This document shows positions 8,886 through 19,045 of a DNA stretch of 54,817 nt, in pieces. A program made the position numbers and the translations under genes. Origin of the DNA: an uncultured Bacteroidales bacterium (GTDB lineage: Bacteria > Bacteroidota > Bacteroidia > Bacteroidales > M50B96); assembly GCA_964388245.1 (NCBI GenBank), contig CAYLZH010000004.1, forward strand, positions 1-54,817, in the 5' to 3' direction. Each line of letters starts with the position of its first letter. Within the stretch, counting starts at the first letter, position 1. The notes beneath the pieces were generated by a model that was not told where the DNA came from, did no database searches, and worked only from the letters and a program-made list of their open reading frames with translations.

Positions 8886-11174
8886 TTAATTTTCCATTTC
8901 CAACTCTAACAATCCTCCATTCACTATCTCACCGTGGGTTATCCAATATCTATCAAGTTTCTTCCCGTTCAACTTAATGGACTTTATGTAAAAATTTTCT
9001 TTGGAGTTATTGTGAGCAATAATTGTAAAGGTATTTCCATTGTAATATTCTTCATCCAGTTTCAAAACAATTTTGTTAAACACAGGGCTGGTAATCTGGT
9101 ATTTATTATCTCCCGGATTGATGGGGTGAATTCCAATAGCTGCCAATACATACCAAGCCGACATTTGCCCGACATCCTCATTTCCACACAAGCCATAGGC
9201 ATCGGTTCCGTAGGCTTTTTCGCAAATTTTTCTGGTCCACTTCTGGGTTTGTCGTGGTAATCCGATTTCATTAAATATAAACGGAACATGGTGCACTGGC
9301 TCGTTGGGATGGTTGTAATAGTCGTTCCATAAAAAATCATCAGGTGCTTTTTCGAAGAATTGAATTAACTGCTTTTGAATGGAATCCTGCCCGCCCATCA
9401 ATTTTGTCAGGTCAGGTATGTTATGAGGAACAAACCACCCTTGCTGATATGGGTTACTTTCAATACAACCTTGCCCATGGACTGTTTTGCCTTTCCAGCG
9501 CCTCCAGTCTCCATCAGCATCTTTCGACCGAAACCAGTTTACTTCTTCGTTCCAGATATTTCGGTAATTCAAACTTTTCTCGAAATACTCCTCAGCCAGA
9601 TCAATTTTTCCAAGTGATTTGGCAAACTGCCCCACACACCAATCATTATACGCATATTCGAGTGTTGTAGAGATTGCTTTGGGCGTGTAACCCAAGTCTG
9701 AGTTCCCAAATGTATCTACACTGTTTTTACAATATCGAAAGGCTTTATCAACATCATAATTCCGAATACCTTTTTCACAAGCATCAACAATTACCGAAAC
9801 TGCCGGATTACCAATCATACAACCTGAATAAGAATTCAGGAACTCCCATCTTGGGAAGTATCCTTTATTACTCAATTCAGCTATTTGGATCAGGGAATTT
9901 ATTTCATCGTTCACAATCGAAGGATTAATAAGAGTTTGAAGGGGAAACTGTGATCTGAAAACATCCCAGCCGCTAAAAATAGTCCGAAAAACAAAATCGT
10001 CGGTTGTATGGATATTTTTATCTGCGCCAATATATTTTCCGTCAGAATCGGAGTAAGCCCTGGGATCGATCATGGTATGATAAAGAGCGGTATAAAGAAT
10101 TGTTTTATCGCGATCAGTTCCTCCTTCTACTGTAACCGATGCCAACGCTTCATTCCATAGTGATTTCGCATTATCTACAACCTTATCAAAATCCCAGTGA
10201 GGGATATCGGACTCAAGGTTCAACTTGGCACCTTCGATACTTACAAAGGAAATCCCACTTTTAACAAGAATCTCTTCTTGATTTTCAGTTTTGAAATTTG
10301 TGAAAAATCCAAGGTGTTCGCCTTTAAACTCTGTTATGTTTTTATGGATGTTGGCCTGGGCAACCAAATCCTGAAATTCTTTACCCGTAACCTGCTTTCT
10401 TTTCCGAACCATTCCTTCAGGAACATCAACACTCCACACACCATAATCTTTAAGGGGTTTGCTGAACTGGCAATAGAAGTAGACGGTATAGTCGGCCTTC
10501 CCGTGCCCATTGCCCCAGCCACCACCTTCGGGAGGACATTTCATCCATCCTGAAATGGTGTTTTCATCAACAACTTTGATATACTGCTCCGTTGATGTTC
10601 CGCCAATCCTTCGCGACAAATCAATTTGAATTCGAGAACTGTCATTTTCAGGAAATGTGAATTTTAATATCCCGGCTCTGGGAGCAGCACTTAGCTCTGC
10701 CTTTATGTTATAATCTGATAAGAGCACGCTATAGTAACCAGCTTCTACCGTTTCATTATCATGACTGTAACGAGACCTATAACCTTCTTCCGGCTTGTCA
10801 TCATCTCCTTTGGTCGTGTGTAGTTTTCCGGTGGTTGGCATCACAAGGAAATTACCCAGATCGCCGTACCAGCCCACTCCGCTCATGTGTGTAAAACTAA
10901 ACCCTTCTATGGTAGAATGATTCCAAGAATATCCCGAACCATTATCCCCTCCGGTACGAGTGTCGGGGCTTAGTTGAACCAAACCAAAAGGTGTTACTGC
11001 GCCAGGAAAGGTTTTACCAAATCCGTGTACACTTCCTGCTCCATCCTGACTTTTTGATTTATCACCATAGGTTACAGTACCGATAGAAGGATTGACATAA
11101 TCGACTTTCGATTTTTCTTGCTTGCAACCGAAAAATGATAGTATACAAATTAAAACCAGACAGGTATATTTCAT
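8886..11174 (-). CDS. GH92-family alpha-mannosidase-like lipoprotein
   Basis: GH92 hallmarks are present: FPGAVTPFGLVQLSPDT, GFSFTHMSGVGWYGDLGN and C-terminal GNEDVGQMSAWYVLAAIG. There is a lipoprotein signal (LSFFGC). The track start at 11177 is GTG, and the adjacent ATG is at 11174. Confidence 0.85.
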   Translation of the reverse strand: MKYTCLVLICILSFFGCKQEKSKVDYVNPSIGTVTYGDKSKSQDGAGSVHGFGKTFPGAVTPFGLVQLSPDTRTGGDNGSGYSWNHSTIEGFSFTHMSGVGWYGDLGNFLVMPTTGKLHTTKGDDDKPEEGYRSRYSHDNETVEAGYYSVLLSDYNIKAELSAAPRAGILKFTFPENDSSRIQIDLSRRIGGTSTEQYIKVVDENTISGWMKCPPEGGGWGNGHGKADYTVYFYCQFSKPLKDYGVWSVDVPEGMVRKRKQVTGKEFQDLVAQANIHKNITEFKGEHLGFFTNFKTENQEEILVKSGISFVSIEGAKLNLESDIPHWDFDKVVDNAKSLWNEALASVTVEGGTDRDKTILYTALYHTMIDPRAYSDSDGKYIGADKNIHTTDDFVFRTIFSGWDVFRSQFPLQTLINPSIVNDEINSLIQIAELSNKGYFPRWEFLNSYSGCMIGNPAVSVIVDACEKGIRNYDVDKAFRYCKNSVDTFGNSDLGYTPKAISTTLEYAYNDWCVGQFAKSLGKIDLAEEYFEKSLNYRNIWNEEVNWFRSKDADGDWRRWKGKTVHGQGCIESNPYQQGWFVPHNIPDLTKLMGGQDSIQKQLIQFFEKAPDDFLWNDYYNHPNEPVHHVPFIFNEIGLPRQTQKWTRKICEKAYGTDAYGLCGNEDVGQMSAWYVLAAIGIHPINPGDNKYQITSPVFNKIVLKLDEEYYNGNTFTIIAHNNSKENFYIKSIKLNGKKLDRYWITHGEIVNGGLLELEMEN

Positions 11175-11313
11175 CACTAATTTCGTGTATTTATATATTC
11201 AGAATAACTATTGCAAAAATGGGCAAGAATCCTCTGAAAGAATTTTCCCTTAATTATCAATAACAGTATTTATGTAGGACTCTGTTTTTCCATAACAAAA
11301 AGCTCCACTCAAA

Positions 11314-11430
11314 GTTGAACCCTTTCAGGGTTCGAGTGCCTCGTTCATCTATATCCCGCACTTCGTACGGGGTTATTCAAATTCAATCCTTTCAGGATTA
11401 TTCGGTGACAGTACCACGAATTGGTATAAC
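11314..11430. repeat. Multi-hairpin intergenic repeat, copy 1
   Basis: This copy shares blocks with 41073-41196: gttgaaccctttcagggttcg (21/21), cccgcacttcgtacggggttattca (25/25, same 20-nt spacing), a TTTCA-loop hairpin and an ACCACGA..TGGT hairpin. It abuts the GH30 stop codon (11431-11433). Confidence 0.75.
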
Positions 11431-12861
11431 TTAAATCTTAATCACAAACGTATTAAATGATTTTGGACTTAAATCAACTTTAAATTTTGTTTCATTGACC
11501 GCAAATTCTTTTTCAACGGCCTTGTCTTCAGTATTATAATATACGATCACACATTTTCCTTCATTTTTGAATGCCAGGCAATTTTCATCACTTGTCTTAG
11601 CGTACTTGAAACCCGGTTCTATAAAGGCACTAAAGTGTTTCATTAAATAAAACTCAGGATTGTAAACCACCTTCTTAGTCTTCGAATCGATGGATATCAT
11701 TGAGTTTTGCTTCCAGCCCCATTGGCTTTTGCCTGTTTCATTAAGAATCATGTTCCAGTACATGTACGAATTGGCACCATTATTAAAGTAATGGTTCATT
11801 AAATTAAAGGTGTGTTCAGCAGCAGCCCAGTCATTAGTACCATTTCCACATTCTGTTTCGGTTTGCATTAATTTTAGGGATGGATACTTTTTATTCACCT
11901 TCGGGATAGCACCCTTACCTGCCCACTGGAAACCAACTCCTTCAACAATATCCAGCACATTTTTATACTGTAAAATAGAATCTACTCTTTCGATATGAGG
12001 GCGTTCAATTGTTCCACACCACATTTCTGTCTCTAAGTTTCTGGAGTGAAATTCAGGAGCCAGGTAATCGGCAATAAAAATTCCTAAATCTTTCGGTTTC
12101 CACACACACGATGGAAATTTCTGAGAGGAATTAGGTTCGTTTTGTACATGAACAGCAGAAATTTCGATACCTTCTTTTTTATATTCTTCAACAAACTTTG
12201 AGAAATAAATAGCATAGGCCTGAAGGTAATCTGGTTCCATTATAAAGCGTGACACCAGTTCTTCCATTGAACTTAGCTCCTCTGGAAGATCATTCACATC
12301 CGGATGCCACTGACATGCATAATGTTTATTTTTCTTCATCCACGATGGCGGGCACCACGGCGATGCCCAAACCTGAACTGCCGGATTGATTTTTTGAGCC
12401 TCCTTTATATATGGGATTAATCTTTCCCTGTCACGGGCAATCGAGAAATTATCCATATTAAAATCTTCGGGTGTTTCATTATGACTATACCAATCTAAAG
12501 CATAATCGTTGGCTCCGATTGGCATTCTGCAAATATTGAATTTACATCCAGATACAGTATCGAATAAGGATTCCAGAACTTCCTTCTGCTCTGCATCTGC
12601 CAAATAATTCAATGCCTCCCAACCAAGCTCATTAAAACATGCACCAAATCCATCAATGGTCTGAAGGCTGCTATCACTAAATACCTTAATAACAGAACCA
12701 CTGGCAAGATTATCATTGTTTGCTTCTAAAGTGTCAACTTGCCATTGTGCTGATGGATTACTTGATACCCATAGAATTTCTTTATTGTTTTCACTTTTTG
12801 TGCATCCAGTTATGGCAATTATCGCCATTAGGAAAATCATTATAATGTAATGCTGTTTCAT
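11431..12861 (-). CDS. GH30-family glycosidase (glucosylceramidase-like) lipoprotein
   Basis: The motifs IDGFGACFNELGWEAL, VWASPWCPPSWMK and HVQNEP are typical of GH30. The ATG at 12861 gives a lipoprotein signal (MKQHYIIMIFLMAIIAITGC). The longer track ORF from 12945 adds a non-signal extension. Confidence 0.8.
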   Translation of the reverse strand: MKQHYIIMIFLMAIIAITGCTKSENNKEILWVSSNPSAQWQVDTLEANNDNLASGSVIKVFSDSSLQTIDGFGACFNELGWEALNYLADAEQKEVLESLFDTVSGCKFNICRMPIGANDYALDWYSHNETPEDFNMDNFSIARDRERLIPYIKEAQKINPAVQVWASPWCPPSWMKKNKHYACQWHPDVNDLPEELSSMEELVSRFIMEPDYLQAYAIYFSKFVEEYKKEGIEISAVHVQNEPNSSQKFPSCVWKPKDLGIFIADYLAPEFHSRNLETEMWCGTIERPHIERVDSILQYKNVLDIVEGVGFQWAGKGAIPKVNKKYPSLKLMQTETECGNGTNDWAAAEHTFNLMNHYFNNGANSYMYWNMILNETGKSQWGWKQNSMISIDSKTKKVVYNPEFYLMKHFSAFIEPGFKYAKTSDENCLAFKNEGKCVIVYYNTEDKAVEKEFAVNETKFKVDLSPKSFNTFVIKI

Positions 12862-12941
12862 TTCTCTAAAATTGTTTTTAGTGTTCGATATTTGGTAATG
12901 CTTTATAGTAAAGGTATGGATTCTATTCGGTTCCATTTTCT

Positions 12942-13364
12942 TCATCCATGTTTAATTGTTTTTCTATCAATGCTTTGCTTTTCGTAAAAGCTTCTCTCCA
13001 GTTTATCATCAATTTTTAAAAGCTCGACATAATGAGTCCAACTCAATTTGTGCGGAAGTTCCGCATAAATTGGGTATTCAGAATACAATTGCCTCATTCG
13101 TTGAATATTACTCACACTAAACCCTTTGCCATGAAGTAAAGAAAGGTCTCTTGACAAACGTTCTAAAAGTTTTGTACCATATTCGGCCCTTTGCTTTCCA
13201 TCCTGCTCAAACTCAACAATATGTTCGCCAACTTTCCAGTAGGTTTCTGTAATATGTTGGTTAACTGCTGCAACAGCTTGCTGTCTGCCTTCAACATAAG
13301 TATTCGATATTTTAGAAACCAGGTTGTTGTAGTTGTTTGCTGAGGTTAAGTCTTTTGGAGTCAT
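12942..13364 (-). pseudogene. DUF1016/YhcG-family N-terminal fragment (C-terminal PDDEXK nuclease half missing)
   Basis: This 140-aa ORF resembles the N-terminal domain of YhcG-like proteins (YWKVGEHIVEFEQDGKQRAEYGTKLLERLSRDL...GFSVSNIQRMRQLY...LSWTHYVELLKIDDKLERSFYEKQSI). It then ends abruptly. From memory, full-length family members are more than 300 aa. Confidence 0.55.
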
Positions 13365-13399
13365 ATCAATACGTTCTTAAGTTCGGAGGAAGGTCAAAG

Positions 13400-15190
13400 T
13401 TAGTACTTCATTTCAATTCTGTTTACCCAATCTTTTAATAAAATAAATTGGCCGGTCAACTCTATCCTTGAGTTATTTATCCTAATAGTTTTAGGGCTTC
13501 CATCAATATAAAACTTAGCCTTTGTGTTTTCAGGCAATATAATGACATAAACCTCTTTGTTTCTTTGATGCTCATAGTTGGCAAAAATACAACCATTCCT
13601 TGATGGTACTTTAATGCTTGTATGATTCAAGCCTATTAGTTTCGGAGCAATTCTTATAGTTTTAAAACCAGGTGTTTCAGGAGTTATGCCCCATAAGTAC
13701 CGTACAATAATGTTTGCAGGCGCAGTCGCCCAGGCATGATTCCAATCTAAATTCCTTTTATATTCTATATCCCATGCCTCTAATGTCATGGTGGAACCAA
13801 CACGTATCATGTTGAACCAATTTCGATTGCCAGCAGTATCTGTAATCAGCTGTAATGCATATTCTGTTTCATCATACTTGCACAAGCCTTCCAGCAGATA
13901 CTGAGCGCCATACACACTACAAGCCATACCCTTTAATTTGATGAACTCTATAATTGTTTCTGAATGGGATTCAGGTACAATTTCAAATGCCAATGGAAAC
14001 ATATTTGCGTGAAGAGAACTATGCTTTGAACCCAAACCATCAACATACAAGCCGGTTTCTCTGTCGAATAATTTATTGTTAATTGATTTCTTGACAGCTT
14101 CTGCTTTTGCAATATACATTATTGAGTCTTTCGTTTCGCCTATAGCACCCGCAATCTTCGACATTATGATAAGGTTTTGGTAATAAAACGCATTCACCAC
14201 AGTATTAACTTTCAGCATTTCGTAGTTATCTCTTTCACCCTTTGGCCAGTCAACAATATCCTTAATCCTGGCTTTATCATTCTTAAATCCCAAATCAGTC
14301 ATTAATTTCTTATCCAGCTTATCAGTTTGGGTTGATATTAACCCATCTTCCCGTTCAAGCGACGTTAGTGATTTAATCTTAAGTTGCTCATAAAATTTCA
14401 TTATTGATCTGGTATCTCCTGTGTACAAGTAATCATAATAGAACATGAAGGAAGTATGTAAGATCCATTCTGTTGGCCATGTTGGATGGTCGATAAAGTA
14501 TTCATTTGTTCTTCTGGCCAAAGAATAAATACTATCAACTGCATAATGGCTTAATTGATTTATGTAAGCATCGGCTTCATACGGTATCCTTTCCCGATCA
14601 CCATCTACATAATAACCGGCAAAACTTGTAGCTTTAATAGTATGTTTACATAAATCCCATAAGGCATTTAAGATGGTGTCGGATGAAGAAAAACTACTTG
14701 CATTGTCATTAAATTTATAATGAAGAGCTTTTTGATTAATTTCAATATCTGTTATTGGAATTTTCAAATTCTCAATCTCACAATATCTGAAAGGCATTAT
14801 ATATCCATATGAATCGGGTAGTTGTATAGCTATTGGTTTAGTATTCCTGAAATCTTGTTTAACAGGAATCACGAAGGGTGAAGTAGGAAGGTCCGTAAGT
14901 TTAATTTTTTGATATCGTATATTACCAGGAGGGTTTCGATCTATTGTGTTCAAATGAGATAACTTTTCTCCCAGATGAATTACAACTGAATCTTCTTGAG
15001 ATGATGATGAATGTATATATATTGTTCCAAAATAAGCTTTGCCAAAATCAATGAAGTATGAATGATCGGATTTTTTAATAATTCTTTCAGGTTCGAAATA
15101 GCTTGTTTGAAATGAAGGAGACATGTTCTGAGCTATCGAATTTAAATAAATTCCTGTCAGAATTAAAACCAATGTAATTAACCTGTTCAT
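13400..15190 (-). CDS. GH78-like (alpha-L-rhamnosidase family) six-hairpin glycosidase
   Basis: The motifs PFRYCEIENL, DGDRERIPYEADAYI and the C-terminal MTLEAWD...NHAWATAPANIIVRYLWGITP...GFKTIRIAP match rhamnosidase catalytic-domain patterns as I recall them. Confidence 0.65.
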   Translation of the reverse strand: MNRLITLVLILTGIYLNSIAQNMSPSFQTSYFEPERIIKKSDHSYFIDFGKAYFGTIYIHSSSSQEDSVVIHLGEKLSHLNTIDRNPPGNIRYQKIKLTDLPTSPFVIPVKQDFRNTKPIAIQLPDSYGYIMPFRYCEIENLKIPITDIEINQKALHYKFNDNASSFSSSDTILNALWDLCKHTIKATSFAGYYVDGDRERIPYEADAYINQLSHYAVDSIYSLARRTNEYFIDHPTWPTEWILHTSFMFYYDYLYTGDTRSIMKFYEQLKIKSLTSLEREDGLISTQTDKLDKKLMTDLGFKNDKARIKDIVDWPKGERDNYEMLKVNTVVNAFYYQNLIIMSKIAGAIGETKDSIMYIAKAEAVKKSINNKLFDRETGLYVDGLGSKHSSLHANMFPLAFEIVPESHSETIIEFIKLKGMACSVYGAQYLLEGLCKYDETEYALQLITDTAGNRNWFNMIRVGSTMTLEAWDIEYKRNLDWNHAWATAPANIIVRYLWGITPETPGFKTIRIAPKLIGLNHTSIKVPSRNGCIFANYEHQRNKEVYVIILPENTKAKFYIDGSPKTIRINNSRIELTGQFILLKDWVNRIEMKY

Positions 15191-15254
15191 TCTTATTCGG
15201 ATTTTGGTTTGTTTAATTTTCTATACGTATGCTTCAGTCCTTTAATCAAGGAAT

Positions 15255-16592
15255 TCATTTTGATACTTCTTTCACACCATTTTTCACATCTTTTTCCCAT
15301 AGTTTAAGTTTTTCTATCATTTCATTCATCAAATCAGGATTATCTAAACTAAGGTCATTTCTCTCCTGCAAGTCATTCGACAAATTATAAAGTTCGACGT
15401 GATCTCCGTTTTTTCTTTTTTTCCTGATCAACTTCCAGTCACCGCTTCTTATAAAACTTACATTGTTATAAGCGAAAAACACATCCCTCTTGGGAAGTTT
15501 TATTTGGTTGAATAAATTATCTTTTATGCTGATCCCATCAATGTTTTTTGATTCGGGTTTTTGATCGATAATATCCAATAAAGTTGGCAATACATCCATT
15601 GTCAAAATGATTTGGTCATTAACTCCTCCCCCATTTATTTTACCTGGATAAGTTAAGATTGCTGGCACACGACTTCCCCCTTCATAAACCCCTGCTTTAT
15701 ATCCCCGTAATTTCCCATTGTTCCCAAATCGGTTTGCCCCGTTATCCGACACAAAAAGTATTACGGTGTTGTCATACTGCCCGGTTTCTTTCAGTGTTTG
15801 AACTATTTTACCGATCCCCTCGTCCATAACTTCAACCATTTCCTTGTAGATGGATGGGATGCTATCATTAGCAACAGCTTCGGTTCCAGGAGTGCCAACC
15901 GTCCTTAAAACTTTGTCTATCCGTCGTTGGTAGGGGCCGTGAGGGGCTTCGTGTGGCAAATAAAGGAAAAAGGGTTTGCCTGTCTTTTTGAGCGTGTTTT
16001 CTTTAATATATCGTACACCATAGGCTGTTATCAGGTCGGTTGAATAACCCTCCTCATTCTCTATTGTCGTGTCTTTCCACCAGTCGAGGTAGCCTTCCTG
16101 ATCGATGTGCGCGTGATAATCAATATTCCCACTCACGAATCCAACATACTCGTCAAATCCTTGTATCGTAGGATTATGTTCTTTTGAATAGCCCAGGTGC
16201 CACTTTCCAAACATACCGCAGTTGTAGCCATGTTTTTTAAGTTCCTCGGCTAAGGTTGTCTCATCAGGGCTTAAGCCGACCAGCCTGTGACTTTTTGCAG
16301 TAATAACCCCTCCAACTCCCGTACGTTGCTGGTATTTGCCAGTCATTAACGCTGCACGTGTAGGACTGCAAACTGCTCCGTTTGAATGGAAGTCTGTAAA
16401 TTTTACTCCCTCGGCTGCCAATAAATCCAGATTTGGCGTTTGGATTGTCGTATTGCCATAGCATGATATGTCGCCATAACCTAAATCATCCGCAACAATT
16501 AACACAATGTTGGGATAATCAGGATTTTCTTTTTTATCAGCACATGCAACAAGCAGGGTAAATAAGATTAAAAATATTCTTGTTCGTTTCAT
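15255..16592 (-). CDS. S1-family (formylglycine-dependent) sulfatase
   Basis: The N-terminal metal site IVADDLGYGD and the FGly motif CSPTRAALMTG are present, together with GKWHLG and SDNG...YEGGSRVP. There is a lipoprotein signal. Confidence 0.9.
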   Translation of the reverse strand: MKRTRIFLILFTLLVACADKKENPDYPNIVLIVADDLGYGDISCYGNTTIQTPNLDLLAAEGVKFTDFHSNGAVCSPTRAALMTGKYQQRTGVGGVITAKSHRLVGLSPDETTLAEELKKHGYNCGMFGKWHLGYSKEHNPTIQGFDEYVGFVSGNIDYHAHIDQEGYLDWWKDTTIENEEGYSTDLITAYGVRYIKENTLKKTGKPFFLYLPHEAPHGPYQRRIDKVLRTVGTPGTEAVANDSIPSIYKEMVEVMDEGIGKIVQTLKETGQYDNTVILFVSDNGANRFGNNGKLRGYKAGVYEGGSRVPAILTYPGKINGGGVNDQIILTMDVLPTLLDIIDQKPESKNIDGISIKDNLFNQIKLPKRDVFFAYNNVSFIRSGDWKLIRKKRKNGDHVELYNLSNDLQERNDLSLDNPDLMNEMIEKLKLWEKDVKNGVKEVSK

Positions 16593-16612
16593 TTGTCACA
16601 AAATGTATTCAA

Positions 16613-18130
16613 TTACTCTAAATTGCGGGCTTGCCATTTTTTGATACCACCCGATTCCTTTTGTTTTTCATATTCAATCCAAAATGGTTTTTCGTTTGCC
16701 AATGGAACATTTTCGTTAACCATAAAAGGTCTAACACCTCTCCACCATTCGTCATATACCTTTCTCATTTCAGCTACAACTTCTGGTTTCTCTGATGCAA
16801 TGTCGGTTGTTTGTCCCGGATCATTGACAACATCGTATAACTCTTGGTTGTTGACAAACCGGTACTGCTCGTTACGTACCGCACAGTTTCTGTAAATAAA
16901 ACTATCGGGGTTTGAGCTTTCAATGGTTCCAACCCAATGTTTATTTATTTTTTGATTCGAAATATTTTCAGGATTTAGTCGCCATCTTCCTCCGTGGAAG
17001 AATCTGTATCTGTCATCCGCTTCATAGGTGCTATCTTTGAGATATGGAAGAAAACTTTTCCCATCTATATCTGGTATATTAGAGATGTCAATCCCTACAA
17101 TATCTGCAATTGTTGGAAGAATATCATAATGATTAACAAGGGCATCTACCTTATCCCCAGAAGATAATTCTTCTGGCCATCGAATAAAAAATGGCACTCT
17201 TGTTCCCCCTTCATTAACACGGCCTTTAAATCCTTTCATTCCTGCGTTATATGTCACACCATGAATTTCACTTTTTCGAAGGCCCGTTTTTCCATTGTCT
17301 GACATAAATATCAAAATTGTATTATCAGCAATTTCCCATTCATCGAGTTTCCCCATCAATAAACCCAGATTATCATCAATATTTTCAATCATTCCATAAA
17401 ACCCTTGGGCGTCTTTGGGGTAGTTCCCCTCAATAAATTTCTTCTTGTATTTTTCGGGTGCAATAAAAGGTGCATGAGGGGCATTTGTTGAGATATAAGC
17501 AAAAAACGGTATCTCTTCTTCAGATTTCTGTTTTATCCACGATAAAGCCTGTGTGAAAAAAATATCTGTACAAAACCCTTTCGTTTTAACAAAGGTGCCA
17601 TTGTGTTTTATTGTAGGATCGAAATACTTATTGTCTGGTGCATCGGCGCAAGAGCCCGGATAGACCTGACCAATGCCGCCAGCACCGTGAATAAAGACTT
17701 CATCAAACCCACGACTTTCTGGTTGATATTCTTTCTCGTCGCCTAAATGCCATTTTCCGAAAATTCCGTTTGTATAACCACCTTGTTTTAAGAGCTCGGG
17801 CAAGGTGGTAATTCCCAAGGCCATTCTTTCTCTTTCAAGAATGGTGTGAGTAATGCCATTCTTAAAAGGATGCCTGCCCGTCATTATTGCTGACCTTGTT
17901 GGCGAACAGGTTGCGCTGGCCTGAAAATCTACCAGACTAATTCCCTGATCTTTCAATCTATCCATGTTTGGAGTTGAAACATCAGGACTACCATGAGCGG
18001 AAATATCTCCGTATCCCTGGTCGTCTGTCAAAACCAAAATAATATTTGGCGGGGTTGTATGCTGGGTACAAGCAAACAATAATAATACAGAGAGTACAGC
18101 AAGTAAATTTCCGAGAAATGATTTTTTCAT
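16613..18130 (-). CDS. S1-family sulfatase
   Basis: The motifs LTDDQGYGD, CSPTRSAIMTGRHP, GKWHLG and SDNG...EGGTRVP are present. The ATG at 18130 gives the signal MKKSFLGNLLAVLSVLLLFAC. The track start at 18157 is GTG. Confidence 0.9.
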   Translation of the reverse strand: MKKSFLGNLLAVLSVLLLFACTQHTTPPNIILVLTDDQGYGDISAHGSPDVSTPNMDRLKDQGISLVDFQASATCSPTRSAIMTGRHPFKNGITHTILERERMALGITTLPELLKQGGYTNGIFGKWHLGDEKEYQPESRGFDEVFIHGAGGIGQVYPGSCADAPDNKYFDPTIKHNGTFVKTKGFCTDIFFTQALSWIKQKSEEEIPFFAYISTNAPHAPFIAPEKYKKKFIEGNYPKDAQGFYGMIENIDDNLGLLMGKLDEWEIADNTILIFMSDNGKTGLRKSEIHGVTYNAGMKGFKGRVNEGGTRVPFFIRWPEELSSGDKVDALVNHYDILPTIADIVGIDISNIPDIDGKSFLPYLKDSTYEADDRYRFFHGGRWRLNPENISNQKINKHWVGTIESSNPDSFIYRNCAVRNEQYRFVNNQELYDVVNDPGQTTDIASEKPEVVAEMRKVYDEWWRGVRPFMVNENVPLANEKPFWIEYEKQKESGGIKKWQARNLE

Positions 18131-18163
18131 AATGATTTTTTCTGATGGAACATGCACTAAATA

Positions 18164-19009
18164 CTATTCAATTTTCACTTTCGGTTTCTCGTTTAAGTAT
18201 CCAAGCGATTGCAAAAATTTATCTGCTGCGGAAACTGTTTTTTTATAATATTTAAAATTCTCATAGTTGAAGAATCCATGCTTCTGGCCTTTATAGATAT
18301 GCAGCTCGCAACGGCTTTTAACTTTTTCCATTACTTTTTGATAATAATTGGCAGTTTCTATGGGCACATGTTTATCATTTGTTCCAAAAAATAATATTGT
18401 TGGTGGTGCTCCTTTTTTGATATTGTGAAGGGGCGAAAAACTTTTATAAGCCTCACCTACTACATTATAACCAAAGCCACCAGGGCCATTATCAATAACC
18501 GGGTTAAAAAGGATCAAGGCATTTGGAATGCAGCTTACGGACATGTTATCAGTGCTTTCATTATAATCATCAATAAGCGCCGAAGCAGCGGCAAGATGTC
18601 CACCTGCAGAGCCTCCACCTGCAACAATTTTTGAGGTGTCAAGATTAAATTTGTCGGCTTGTTCTCTAACAAACCGAATAGCCGACTTGGCATCTTTTAA
18701 GGATTCAAAGGGAGTGGTTTGCTGTCTTTTTTTCACTCTGTAATCAACAAGAAAGCTAACCATACCTCTCTTTGAGAAGTATTTGGCATGTGGTTCAAAT
18801 TGCTCAATAGATCCTGTATTCCATCCACCTCCAAAATAAAATAGTATGGCAGGATATTTTTTTGCCGTATCAATGTTTTCAGGATAATATACCTCCATAA
18901 ATAATTTGGTGGTATCGATCTGTTTATACAGTATTTGTTCCTGAGAATAAGCAAATGAACAGGCAAATATTGAAATCGTTAATAGTACTATGATATGATT
19001 AAATTGCAT
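18164..19009 (-). CDS. Alpha/beta-hydrolase esterase (putative carbohydrate or acetyl esterase)
   Basis: The protein has a signal peptide, an oxyanion FYFGGGW motif, the nucleophile elbow GGGSAGGHLA and a C-terminal H in GQKHGF. Confidence 0.75.
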   Translation of the reverse strand: MQFNHIIVLLTISIFACSFAYSQEQILYKQIDTTKLFMEVYYPENIDTAKKYPAILFYFGGGWNTGSIEQFEPHAKYFSKRGMVSFLVDYRVKKRQQTTPFESLKDAKSAIRFVREQADKFNLDTSKIVAGGGSAGGHLAAASALIDDYNESTDNMSVSCIPNALILFNPVIDNGPGGFGYNVVGEAYKSFSPLHNIKKGAPPTILFFGTNDKHVPIETANYYQKVMEKVKSRCELHIYKGQKHGFFNYENFKYYKKTVSAADKFLQSLGYLNEKPKVKIE

Positions 19010-19045
19010 TACTTTGTTTTATATCCTAATAATGAATTGATTTAG

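Noticed and set aside
11314-11345. A tRNA-like T-arm string (GGGTTCGAGTGCC) in repeat copy 1.
   Set aside because: No acceptor stem, anticodon arm or D-arm can be drawn. Copy 2 reads GGGTTCGTATTC at the same place. No tRNA, rRNA or CRISPR array was found anywhere in the window.
12862-12945. N-terminal extensions of track ORFs: 12945 for GH30, 18157 (GTG) for a sulfatase, 50755 for GH3, 3416 (TTG) for the permease, 21209 (TTG) for the esterase, and 11177 and 54456 (GTG).
   Set aside because: In each case an internal ATG gives a canonical signal peptide, lipoprotein box or TM1. It also removes the overlap with the upstream gene. The extensions add non-signal sequence.
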